Source: an uncultured Candidatus Saccharibacteria bacterium (GTDB taxonomy: Bacteria > Patescibacteriota > Minisyncoccia > Phycocordibacterales > DATDWN01). From it: a stretch of 64,000 nucleotides of DNA. The stretch covers positions 77,378 through 141,377 of the forward strand of contig CAYRRP010000003.1 of assembly GCA_964426735.1 (NCBI GenBank), written 5' to 3'. The notes under the pieces are model-generated. The model was not told where the DNA came from and ran no database searches. It worked only from the letters and a program-made list of their open reading frames with translations. Below, one piece after another: positions 36,154 to 44,146 of this stretch. The first letter of the stretch is position 1, and every line of letters starts with the position of its first letter. The position numbers and the translations under genes are program-made.

Positions 36154-36226
36154 CGGGGTGTGGTGTAACGGCTAACATGCTTGATTTGGGATCAAGTGAC
36201 TCCGGGTTCGAATCCCGGCACCCCGA
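36154..36226 (+). tRNA. tRNA-Pro (anticodon UGG)
   Basis: CGGGGTG-TG-GTGTAACGGCTAACAT-G-CTTGA-TTTGGGA-TCAAG-TGACT-CCGGG-TTCGAAT-CCCGG-CACCCCG-A. 73 nt with G37. Confidence 0.9.
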
Positions 36227-36247
36227 CAATAGATTTTCTAAATACAC

Positions 36248-36673
36248 CTAAAGTATTATATCTTCCAGCATCTTTACCCTACATACTCGTTTTTCTTGAT
36301 CCACATACACCGTAGCTACATCAAACTGCCACTCCGTATCATCTGAGACATTTTTATCAAGCAAATACGACTGTATAGTCCGAGCAAGCCTCTGGAGTTT
36401 CCATGGGTGCATATTATCCTCTGGCCGATACCTATTATTCGTTTCACGTGGCACATCTTCAAACTTTCTCGATACACTCTTCACCTCAACAAAGTGAATT
36501 TTTTTGTCCTTTATAGCTACCACATCCAATTCTCCCCACTTTTTTAAATAGTTACGATCAGTCACCTTAAAACCTTTTCTCTTAAGATACGTACACACCG
36601 CTTCTTCCCCAATTGCACCCAATATCTGTTTTTGGGTTTTAGTATGAACCTTCAATGCAGCTTTTTCTCTCAT
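36248..36673 (-). CDS. yraN: YraN-family (UPF0102) endonuclease-like protein
   Basis: MREKAALKVHTKTQKQILGAIGEEAVCTYLKRKGFKVTDRNYLKKWGELDVVAIKDKKIHFVEVKS... is the UPF0102 signature. Start placed at the internal ATG at 36673. Confidence 0.75.
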   Translation of the reverse strand: MREKAALKVHTKTQKQILGAIGEEAVCTYLKRKGFKVTDRNYLKKWGELDVVAIKDKKIHFVEVKSVSRKFEDVPRETNNRYRPEDNMHPWKLQRLARTIQSYLLDKNVSDDTEWQFDVATVYVDQEKRVCRVKMLEDIIL

Positions 36674-37027
36674 ACATATATAGTATACAAGCTTAATCCT
36701 TTCACGTGTAACTATATTATATGTTACATATGTAACATATAATATTTGAGTAGGTACAGGAGGATTCGTAGTATAAAGTACACAATTTCCTTTGTATAAA
36801 GCCATTTTTGGAGACTTTTGGACACAAAGTCTTATACTTTGAAGCCTGTCAAAGACTGTCTCTAATACACATGTCCACAGACTTATCCACAGTTTTCAAC
36901 ATATTTTGTGTAAAACTGACTTTAATTTAAAGACTTTGTCCCACAGAATAGGGGTTTAATGGAGACAGTCCGTGATCAAATAGACAAAACTTGGCAAAAG
37001 CTAGAAAAAAGGTATGATACATATATT

Positions 37028-37101
37028 GCACCCGTAGCTCAATTGGATAGAGTATTTGTCTTCGGAACAAAGGGTTGCAGGTTCGAGTCCTGCCGGGTGC
37101 A
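37028..37101 (+). tRNA. tRNA-Arg (anticodon UCG)
   Basis: GCACCCG-TA-GCTCAATTGGATAGAGT-A-TTTGT-CTTCGGA-ACAAA-GGGTT-GCAGG-TTCGAGT-CCTGC-CGGGTGC-A. 74 nt. Confidence 0.88.
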
Positions 37102-37106
37102 CACGA

Positions 37107-37135
37107 CAAAAAATCCCAACTGCTTGGGATTTTTT
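37107..37135 (+). terminator. Intrinsic terminator after tRNA-Arg
   Basis: AAAAAATCCCA-ACTGC-TTGGGATTTTTT. Confidence 0.6.
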
Positions 37136-37148
37136 GCTACGTGTGCAC

Positions 37149-37290
37149 AACGGAGACATGTTTTTTCAGCAGAAAAAAAGGTCGAGTTGTGGACCGAAGG
37201 AAATTTCAATTCGACGGAATTGAAATTATCCGAAGTGTACAAGACAAAACCCTATGTATTTGAATTTCTCCCCACTTTGTGTAAAATGAA
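37149..37290 (+). ncRNA. Degenerate third member (el4) of the tRNA-Gly-associated structured element family, just upstream of tRNA-Gly(GCC)
   Basis: ACGGAG...TTTTTT-CAGCAG-AAAAAAA...GGTCGAG...AAATTTCAATTC-GACG-GAATTGAAATT...TTTCTCCCC. The GACG-loop hairpin and flanking motifs are homologous to el2 with compensatory substitutions. Confidence 0.35.
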
Positions 37291-37296
37291 GGGGAA

Positions 37297-37367
37297 GCGG
37301 CTATGGTTTAGTGGTAGAACACGTCCTTGCCAAGGATGAGATTCGGGTTCGATTCCCGGTAGCCGCA
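37297..37367 (+). tRNA. tRNA-Gly (anticodon GCC)
   Basis: GCGGCTA-TG-GTTTAGTGGTAGAAC-A-CGTCC-TTGCCAA-GGATG-AGAT-TCGGG-TTCGATT-CCCGG-TAGCCGC-A. 71 nt. Confidence 0.9.
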
Positions 37368-37370
37368 CAG

Positions 37371-37496
37371 AAAAATCGGAGATTTTTATCCGGGAATCGA
37401 AAGCCGGAGCGAGGGTTCCCGTCAGCAGACGGGACCGCGAGGCCGGGTCGGGAAATTTTACGAGTGGCGACGAGTAAAATATTCCTGACCGATTCC
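37371..37496 (+). ncRNA. GC-rich structured RNA-like element (el3) starting 3 nt after the tRNA-Gly(GCC) 3' end; homolog of el2
   Basis: [AAAAATC-GGA-GATTTTT]-ATCC-GGGAATCGAAAG-CCGGAGCGAGGG-[TCCCGTC-AGCA-GACGGGA]-...-CTGACCGATTCC. The hairpins are at the same positions as in el2 but built from different, compensating sequences. Confidence 0.5.
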
Positions 37497-37545
37497 AGTG
37501 CCCATACTCATAAATAAGGCCTCCAAAAGCCTTAAAATCACTCAT

Positions 37546-39018
37546 ATGAATACAAACTTCACTATCCCTGTCGAAGTGTCACGTGTAACACAAACCCTCG
37601 AAAATGCCGGTTTTGAGGCTTTTTTGGTTGGTGGATGTGTACGAGATCTTATCCTCAACAAAAAACCAAAAGATTGGGATGTTACTACCAACGCAACACC
37701 TGAGCAAATCATTGCTTTGTTTCCACATACCTTTTACGAAAACAACTTTGGAACAGTTGGTGTTGTTTCAGATGAAACAGAAGATGACACTCTTAAAACT
37801 ATTGAAGTTACGCCATACCGTCTTGAATCAGAGTATTCTGACAATCGACGCCCAGACGCTGTTACTTTTTCACAAAATCTCACAGATGACTTAAGGCGAC
37901 GCGACTTCACCATTAACGCCCTTGCATACTCAGTATCTAAAGGACAACTCACTGATGTCTTTAATGGACAAGCTGATATTTCTGCTCAAACTATACAAAC
38001 AGTAGGGAATGCGGTCGAAAGACTCACTGAAGATGCCCTTCGTATCATGCGAGCAGTGCGGTTTCATGTGGAACTTGGCTTTATCCTTTCACGTGAAACG
38101 GAAAAAGCGGTACTTGAACACGGTCATTTACTACAAAACATCTCAAAGGAACGCATTCGTGACGAATTTACAAAGATTATTATGTCTCCGCAGCCAATGA
38201 ATGGCTTACTCATGCTGAAAAAGCTGAATTTACTTCAGTATATTGTACCAGAACTGGAAAAAACTATTGGGGTAGAGCAGAACCGGGCACATTCATACGA
38301 TGTATGGGAACATTTACTTCGAAGCCTCCAGACTGCAGCAGATAAGAACTGGCCTCTTGATATTAGACTTACCGCTTTATTTCACGATATTTCAAAACCT
38401 GAGACACGTCGATGGGGAAAAGAGCAGAATACGTGGACATTTTACGGTCATGAAGTAGTTGGTTCACGTGTAACACGGAAAATACTTACTGATTTGCGAT
38501 ATCCGAATAAACTAATTGATAAAGTGGTGACAATGGTGCGATGGCATATGTTTTTTTCTGACACAGAACAGATAAGCCTCTCTGCGGTCCGTAGAATGAT
38601 CGTAAATGTTGGACGAGAGAATATCTGGGATTTGATGAATGTACGCATCTGCGACCGTGTAGGAACTGGTAGACCCAAAGAAGATCCGTACCGCCTCCGC
38701 AAATACCATGCAATGATAGAGGAGGCTCTTCGTGACCCGATTACTGTAGGAATGTTGAAAATAGATGGTAAACGTTTAATCGATGTTACACAGGGAACAC
38801 CTGGTCCTAAAATAGGGTATACACTTCATGCATTACTCGAAGAGGTACTCGAAGATCCAACTAAAAACACTGTGGAATATTTAGAAAAACGCTCTGTTGA
38901 GCTCTATACTATGGATGAGATCGAATTAAAAAAGCTCGGTGAACAAGGTAAACAAACGAAAGAAGAAATAGATCAGCAGGAAATCTCAAAAATTCGTAAA
39001 GGACACAAAGTAAAGTAG
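37546..39018 (+). CDS. cca: CCA-adding tRNA nucleotidyltransferase with a C-terminal HD domain
   Basis: ...FEAFLVGGCVRDLILNKKPKDWDVTTNATPEQ...RRDFTINALA (Pol-beta NTase head) and ...LFHDISKP...GHE (HD). Start placed at ATG 37546 (MNTNFTIP); the ORF-track start at 37498 would overlap el3. Confidence 0.85.
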   Translation: MNTNFTIPVEVSRVTQTLENAGFEAFLVGGCVRDLILNKKPKDWDVTTNATPEQIIALFPHTFYENNFGTVGVVSDETEDDTLKTIEVTPYRLESEYSDNRRPDAVTFSQNLTDDLRRRDFTINALAYSVSKGQLTDVFNGQADISAQTIQTVGNAVERLTEDALRIMRAVRFHVELGFILSRETEKAVLEHGHLLQNISKERIRDEFTKIIMSPQPMNGLLMLKKLNLLQYIVPELEKTIGVEQNRAHSYDVWEHLLRSLQTAADKNWPLDIRLTALFHDISKPETRRWGKEQNTWTFYGHEVVGSRVTRKILTDLRYPNKLIDKVVTMVRWHMFFSDTEQISLSAVRRMIVNVGRENIWDLMNVRICDRVGTGRPKEDPYRLRKYHAMIEEALRDPITVGMLKIDGKRLIDVTQGTPGPKIGYTLHALLEEVLEDPTKNTVEYLEKRSVELYTMDEIELKKLGEQGKQTKEEIDQQEISKIRKGHKVK

Positions 39019-39030
39019 TTCTGCAAATAA

Positions 39031-39139
39031 GTTAAACTGCTTCAGATGCTAGGCGCGAGAGAATTTGTGAGTGAGTTGTACTTGTCGTACGGTGAGCGAA
39101 CAAATTTGAATCGCAACAACGCAGATGGAGTAATTTAAC
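39031..39139 (+). repeat. Copy B of the ~110-nt hairpin-repeat family (candidate plus-strand structured RNA)
   Basis: GTTAAACTGCTTCAGATGC...TTGTAC-TTGTC-GTACGG...GCAGATGGAGTAATTTAAC. The closing stem and central hairpin contain G.U/U.G pairs only if the plus strand is read. Confidence 0.6.
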
Positions 39140-39497
39140 TTATTTAACAACAAAAAACCGCCCAAGGTGGCGTCATTTGTCGCAAAGACGGCTCACGGGC
39201 GGCTAAAGAAGTATTTCCCAGCAAGAATAAGGATTTGATAAATATCTCAATCTTAAAATATATAGTAGATAGTGTAGATATGTATATCTCTTGTCCTATC
39301 GAACCAAGAAACCTTCATGGGGGAGAACCTGCAGATTCTCAAATGTACAAACGCACAACTTTATGTGTAAAGAACTTTAAACGACAGAATTGTTTGTTTC
39401 TTTTTTGATGAAACTCTCGATCCTGTTCTGGAGTAACTATATCAGACAGATAAAAGTCATGTAAAGGACTATGCTGTGGATAACTTTGTCTTATTAA

Positions 39498-40268
39498 TTA
39501 TATAGCAATGTCCAATTGAAGAGGACAGTGGTCTGACCCTAAAATATCATTGTGTATAGTCATATTTTTCACATTTGAAAGAAGTGATGTGTCAACAAAA
39601 AAATAATCGATTCTCCATCCAACATTTCTACTTCGTGCAAATGTTTTCATATCCCAGTATGTGTATATATCTTTTGCATCAGGATTTTTTTCTCTCCATA
39701 CATCAACAAAATTATTTTGCACCACTTCATCAATCCATGCTCGTTCGATAGGGAGGAAGCCTGTATTTTTCTCATTTTCTTTTGGTCGAGCAAGATCAAC
39801 AGCGGTATGTGCAGTATTTACATCTCCACAGAAAATCACCTTCATACCTTTTTTACGAAGCTTAAGAATAAACACAAGAAAGTGTTTATAAAACTCGAGT
39901 TTATATGCAAGACGCTCTGGACCACCTCCTCCGTTAGGGAAATAGCAGTTCAGTAACACAAATTCATCAAAATACGCAACGATGAGACGCCCTTCTTGAT
40001 CCATTTCGGGAATACCCATACCATACTCGACTTTATTTGGTTCAATCTTTGAGTAAATAGCGACACCGCTGTACCCCTTACGTGTTTTTGAGGAATTAAA
40101 ATATGAAAAATACCCTAAAGGAGAGCGTACTTCATCTGGAAGTTGATGTGATTCTGATTTAGTTTCCTGTATACAAAAAATATCCGGACTTTGGTCAATA
40201 AGCCACTGAAACGCACCTTTTTTAAAAGATGCCCGTGCACCATTTACATTCCATGAGATTATTTTCAT
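39498..40268 (-). CDS. xth: Exodeoxyribonuclease III (AP endonuclease)
   Basis: 256 aa; MKIISWNVNG...CIQETK...GDVNTAHT...SDHCP (EEP-fold motifs). Confidence 0.9.
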   Translation of the reverse strand: MKIISWNVNGARASFKKGAFQWLIDQSPDIFCIQETKSESHQLPDEVRSPLGYFSYFNSSKTRKGYSGVAIYSKIEPNKVEYGMGIPEMDQEGRLIVAYFDEFVLLNCYFPNGGGGPERLAYKLEFYKHFLVFILKLRKKGMKVIFCGDVNTAHTAVDLARPKENEKNTGFLPIERAWIDEVVQNNFVDVWREKNPDAKDIYTYWDMKTFARSRNVGWRIDYFFVDTSLLSNVKNMTIHNDILGSDHCPLQLDIAI

Positions 40269-40302
40269 TACTAAAAGATATTACCACACCTTGAATGAAG
40301 AA

Positions 40303-40410
40303 GTTAAATTGCTCCAGATGCTAGGCGCGAGAAAATTTATGAGTGAACCGTACTTGTAGTACGGTGAATGAATAAATTTGAATCGTAACAACGCAGATGG
40401 AGTAATTTAC
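40303..40410 (+). repeat. Copy C of the ~110-nt hairpin-repeat family
   Basis: GTTAAATTGCTCCAGATGCTAGGCGCGAGAAAATTTATGAGTGAA-CCGTAC-TTGTA-GTACGG-...GCAGATGGAGTAATTTAC. About 85% identical to copy B; its 3' end overlaps the xerC-like stop codon by 4 nt. Confidence 0.6.
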
Positions 40411-41393
40411 TTCTTTCCGTGAAATTTCTTGTGAATGTCACGCAGGTGCTTGTCGGTTACGTGTGTATAAATCTGGGTCGTAATAATGCTCGAATGACCC
40501 AACAAAGCCTGAACTGAGCGAATATCTGCTCCGTTTGAAAGTAAATCAGTCGCAAAGAGATGACGCATGGTGTGCGGTGTTACACGTTTTGAAATACCTG
40601 CTTTGATTGCATATTGTTTGATGATGCGCTCTATTGTCCGTTTGGTCAGGGGACTTGCTTCTTTACTAGTAATTTCTCGCCCTACCTGCACAAAAAGAGC
40701 ATCATTCATATCTTTACGGAGAGACAAGTACGCCTTGAGACAATTTTTTGCAGTATCTGAAAGAAATACTACTCGCACCTTTCCTCCTTTTCCTCGAATA
40801 GAAAGTTCATCGGAAGTCAGATCAATATCAGACGTGAGGGAACAGAGCTCAGAAACACGCAAACCTGTTGAAAATAATAATTCGAGAATTGCTTTGTCAC
40901 GAACTGTCTTCAAATCACTACCTTTAGGAGCATCGAGAAGGCGAGCGAGCTCATTTTCTGTAATAAGATCAAGAAGACGCTCTCCAGTTTTTGCAAGGTC
41001 GATACGCTCAGGCGCAAGAGAAGTGACACCTTCTCGAGCAAGAAACTTGAGAAACGCCCGGAGTGCAATCAGGTGATAGTTTTGAGTTTTTTTAGAAAGA
41101 GTATTTTTTTTGGCTTTATCAAGTCCTGAAAGTTGTCTGTTGAGCCACAAACGAAACTCTCGTACCACCATATCGGTGATATCTCCTGGTTTTGAAGCTT
41201 TTGTTTGCTCAAGAAAGCGTACAAGGTAATGTAAATAGTTTTGCCGAGTCTGGATAGATCGCCCTCTTTCTATTTCAAGATAGTTGAGAAAATCACGAAG
41301 AAAACGCCCTAAGGGGGTTTTCGGTATTCTTTCTTCTTCTGTCAAAGCAGGTTTGCGTTTAGACGTCTCTTTTTTAATCTTTTCCTCTGCCAT
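40407..41393 (-). CDS. xerC: Tyrosine site-specific recombinase, XerC/XerD-like
   Basis: 328 aa; N-terminal core-binding domain (...FLNYLEIERGRSIQTRQNYLHYL...) and the catalytic R...HTMRHLFAT...LGHSSIITTQIYTHV (R-H-R-Y). Adjacent to a tRNA/ncRNA-dense region; an integrase role cannot be excluded. Confidence 0.85.
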   Translation of the reverse strand: MAEEKIKKETSKRKPALTEEERIPKTPLGRFLRDFLNYLEIERGRSIQTRQNYLHYLVRFLEQTKASKPGDITDMVVREFRLWLNRQLSGLDKAKKNTLSKKTQNYHLIALRAFLKFLAREGVTSLAPERIDLAKTGERLLDLITENELARLLDAPKGSDLKTVRDKAILELLFSTGLRVSELCSLTSDIDLTSDELSIRGKGGKVRVVFLSDTAKNCLKAYLSLRKDMNDALFVQVGREITSKEASPLTKRTIERIIKQYAIKAGISKRVTPHTMRHLFATDLLSNGADIRSVQALLGHSSIITTQIYTHVTDKHLRDIHKKFHGKK

Positions 41394-41492
41394 TTGTATA
41401 ATTCTAACATAGCTTCACGTCGCACAATAACAGAACAATCGCGCGCTAAAGCACTTGCATTATGGTTTTATTTGTGATATCTTATAAAAACA

Positions 41493-41759
41493 ATGTTAAC
41501 CAAGACAAAAAAGGCAAAAGTTATCGATACCGTGAAAATTCACGATACAGACACTGGATCTCCAGAGGTTCAGATTTCTATACTCTCAAAACGAATCGAC
41601 GAGCTTGCTTCACACCTCAAGAAAAACAATAAAGATAACCACTCACGACGTGGACTTCTCCAGATGGTGGCTGACCGAAAAGCTCACATGAAATACCTCG
41701 AGAAGAAATCTCCAAAACGATACGCTTCACTCATCAAAAAACTCGGTTTGAAAAAATAG
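41493..41759 (+). CDS. rpsO: 30S ribosomal protein S15
   Basis: 88 aa; ...GSPEVQISILSKRIDELASHLKKNNKDNHSRRGLLQMVADRKAHMKYL... Confidence 0.9.
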   Translation: MLTKTKKAKVIDTVKIHDTDTGSPEVQISILSKRIDELASHLKKNNKDNHSRRGLLQMVADRKAHMKYLEKKSPKRYASLIKKLGLKK

Positions 41760-41769
41760 CAAACAGAAA

Positions 41770-41793
41770 AACTACCCGAAAGGGTATTTTTCT
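41770..41793 (+). terminator. Intrinsic terminator after rpsO
   Basis: TACCC-GAAA-GGGTA followed by TTTTTC. Confidence 0.5.
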
Positions 41794-41858
41794 TATGCTA
41801 TACTTAGTATGTTCCATTTTTTCATAAAGCATTGCAATTAATTTTTTAATACAAAAAC

Positions 41859-42455
41859 ATGTCAGTCATTAAACATAAAAATCAACGAGTCGGTATCTTC
41901 ATCGACACCCAAAATCTTTATCACACCGCTAAAAACCTCTATGGTTGCAAAGTAAATTTTGACCAAGTGGTCAAAGACGGTCTTGCAGGACGTTCTCTTA
42001 TCCGTGCTGTGGCATATGTCATCACCACTGAAGCAGGAGATGAAAAGGGTTTTTTTGATGCGCTTGAAAAAGTAGGTATCGAAACAAAAACAAAAAATCT
42101 CCAAATTTTCTCTGGCGGAGCAAAGAAAGGGGACTGGGATGTAGGGATGGCGGTAGATGCTATCAAGCTTGCACCAAAGCTTGATGCGGTAATCCTTGTT
42201 ACCGGAGACGGGGATTTTGTACCACTTGCAGAGTATCTCCGTACAAACCAAGGTTGTCAGGTAGAAGCAATCTCTTTTGGAAAATCTTCATCTTCAAAAC
42301 TTATTGAAGCTGTGGATGACTTTATCGATCTCGACACAAACCCAGCAAAATACCTGATCGGATATCGATCGAGACGACCTCATGCTCGAAATTTTCGTAA
42401 ACAATCCAGAGTAGACCAGGCGCCAGATCAATCAGTTGACAATCAGACTGAATAA
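41859..42455 (+). CDS. NYN-domain (LabA-like, PIN-related) protein
   Basis: 198 aa; RVGIFIDTQNLYH...VILVTGDGDFVPL (NYN/LabA acidic residues). Confidence 0.75.
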   Translation: MSVIKHKNQRVGIFIDTQNLYHTAKNLYGCKVNFDQVVKDGLAGRSLIRAVAYVITTEAGDEKGFFDALEKVGIETKTKNLQIFSGGAKKGDWDVGMAVDAIKLAPKLDAVILVTGDGDFVPLAEYLRTNQGCQVEAISFGKSSSSKLIEAVDDFIDLDTNPAKYLIGYRSRRPHARNFRKQSRVDQAPDQSVDNQTE

Positions 42456-42698
42456 TTCTATTCTAAGAACAGAGTCTTGTGTGTACTTCCGCATCCCCCC
42501 GACACATAAGAACACCTCATGAGGGGCCATAGGGCGGAGCCCCTCCTGCACTTATTCATATATTGTTTTTTAGACTGTCTCTATCTTCTCCAGTGGTGGA
42601 AATGTATCGAGATAGTCCTTATGAGGATCCATGCTCTGCACAGCATTGTATTGATCCTCTTTTTTTATATACAGAAATACTGATATACTTATATACAA

Positions 42699-43649
42699 AT
42701 GCCCCCTCTCCCTGACAACAAAAAAAATAGTTTGCAGTCTGTGGTTGACACGATTCAATCACAAATAAGCTCTTCTTCTAAAAACCAGCCGACACCGGGA
42801 TACATTCCAAACCCTCAATTAAAATCACTGCGAACATTTCAAGGTGATGTGCAGGAACATATCGAAACAAAAAAAGAAACAATAGCCACCATCGCACTAG
42901 CTGAACAGAAGAAGAAAATTGAACATAATGAACCTACATACACCGAACGCCCAACGCATTCTTTTACTGCAGGTATTTTGGTTACCATTAGTATTATTTT
43001 TCTTGCAGTAGGCGGAATGATTATAGGGGGAATATATTTTTTTAAAACCACCGCCGAACCCACCTCTTCTCTTACTACTGAACAAACAATAATCACATAC
43101 ACTGATAAAAAAGATGTTGTTCTTCCTGGAATAACACATGAATATTTGGCAGCAGCACTACGGAATGAAAAAACATCATTTACTACAGAAGTAGATCGTA
43201 TTCTCCATACAACTTTTTCATATGGAACAAGCAGTCTCACCACAACTGAGCTGATACCTCTTATCGCACCAAACGCGGGAGATGCATTGCAAAGAAATAT
43301 CACTTCTGTGATGGTTGGTGTCTACTCATATGACACTCATGAGGTATTTTTCTTATTACGTCCCGATGATTTTGGTATTGTATATTCTGGAATGTTGAAT
43401 TGGGAAAGTGCACTTGGAAATGATATGGCTGATTTTTTCCCAGCACTACAAAACCATCTCATCACAAACCCTTCAATCTTTACTGACGAAACATATAAAA
43501 ACAAAGATGTACGTGTAATCAAAGATACAAATGGAAATGTTGTTCTTCTGTATGGATTTATTGATAAAAACACACTCGTGATCACTGCTAATGAGAAAAT
43601 ATTTGAAGCTATTTTGAATCGCTACCTACAAAGTAAACTCTCTCGCTAG
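42699..43649 (+). CDS. Hypothetical membrane-anchored protein
   Basis: 316 aa with one TM helix (ILVTISIIFLAVGGMIIGGIYFF) and a large extracytoplasmic domain. Confidence 0.45.
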   Translation: MPPLPDNKKNSLQSVVDTIQSQISSSSKNQPTPGYIPNPQLKSLRTFQGDVQEHIETKKETIATIALAEQKKKIEHNEPTYTERPTHSFTAGILVTISIIFLAVGGMIIGGIYFFKTTAEPTSSLTTEQTIITYTDKKDVVLPGITHEYLAAALRNEKTSFTTEVDRILHTTFSYGTSSLTTTELIPLIAPNAGDALQRNITSVMVGVYSYDTHEVFFLLRPDDFGIVYSGMLNWESALGNDMADFFPALQNHLITNPSIFTDETYKNKDVRVIKDTNGNVVLLYGFIDKNTLVITANEKIFEAILNRYLQSKLSR

Positions 43650-43694
43650 TAAAAATTTATCAAGTTCGCAATGTTGAATGTACATACTTGATAT

Positions 43695-43740
43695 ATTTCT
43701 GACTTGATAGGCTTTTGACTTGATGGACTTGATGGACTAT
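43695..43740 (+). promoter_or_regulatory. Direct-repeat array of GACTTGAT(R)G units immediately upstream of the dksA/traR-like gene
   Basis: atttctGACTTGATAGgcttttGACTTGATGGACTTGATGGACTATcatg. A near-identical array lies upstream of comM (44147-44190). Confidence 0.4.
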
Positions 43741-43749
43741 CATGTACAT

Positions 43750-44109
43750 ATGATTAATACTGAATATTTTAAAGAAAAACTTGAGGCAGAATTAAAAACC
43801 GTCGAGGCTGAATTGCATACAGTGGGAAGAAAAAACCCATCAAACCCTTTGGATTGGGAAGCAAAAGAGGGTGAAATGAACACCGATACTGCAGAGGAAG
43901 CTGAAGTTGCAGAAGGTATTGAAGAGTATGAAAATAACTCAGCAATCTTGAAGCAACTAGAAATTCGATATAATGAAATAAAAGACGCTCTCGCAAAGAT
44001 AGATATGGGTACATATGGTATCTGTGAAGTTTCTGGCTTGCCGATTGAAGAAGATAGACTTGAAGCCAACCCCGCAGCACGCACCTGCAAAGCTCACATG
44101 AATTCATAA
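43750..44109 (+). CDS. DksA/TraR-family C4-type zinc-finger-like protein
   Basis: MINTEYFKEKLEAELKTVEAEL...GTYGICEVSGLPIEEDRLEANPAARTCKAH (DksA/TraR C-terminal pattern with only 2 Cys retained). Start placed at ATG 43750; the ORF-track start at 43720 is a TTG inside the repeat array. Confidence 0.65.
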   Translation: MINTEYFKEKLEAELKTVEAELHTVGRKNPSNPLDWEAKEGEMNTDTAEEAEVAEGIEEYENNSAILKQLEIRYNEIKDALAKIDMGTYGICEVSGLPIEEDRLEANPAARTCKAHMNS

Positions 44110-44146
44110 CCACAAACCCATCAGAGCTACTGTAAATACGAAAAGC

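Noticed and set aside
36927-37545. Several 60-126-aa ORFs on both strands overlapping tRNA-Arg, tRNA-Gly(GCC) and el3/el4 (36927-37109, 36959-37339, 37039-37242, 37075-37263, 37252-37545, 37311-37517)
   Set aside because: They overlap confidently folded tRNAs and GC-rich structured RNA. Their translations are Arg/Gly/Pro-rich as expected from GC-rich non-coding sequence, and none has an RBS or homology.
37498-37545. ORF-track start of cca at 37498 (MPILINKASKSLKITH…)
   Set aside because: The first 16 codons would be read through the terminus of el3 and a hairpin (AAGGC-CTCCAAAA-GCCTT). The nucleotidyltransferase alignment begins at MNTNFTIPVEV… (ATG 37546), so the shorter model is preferred.
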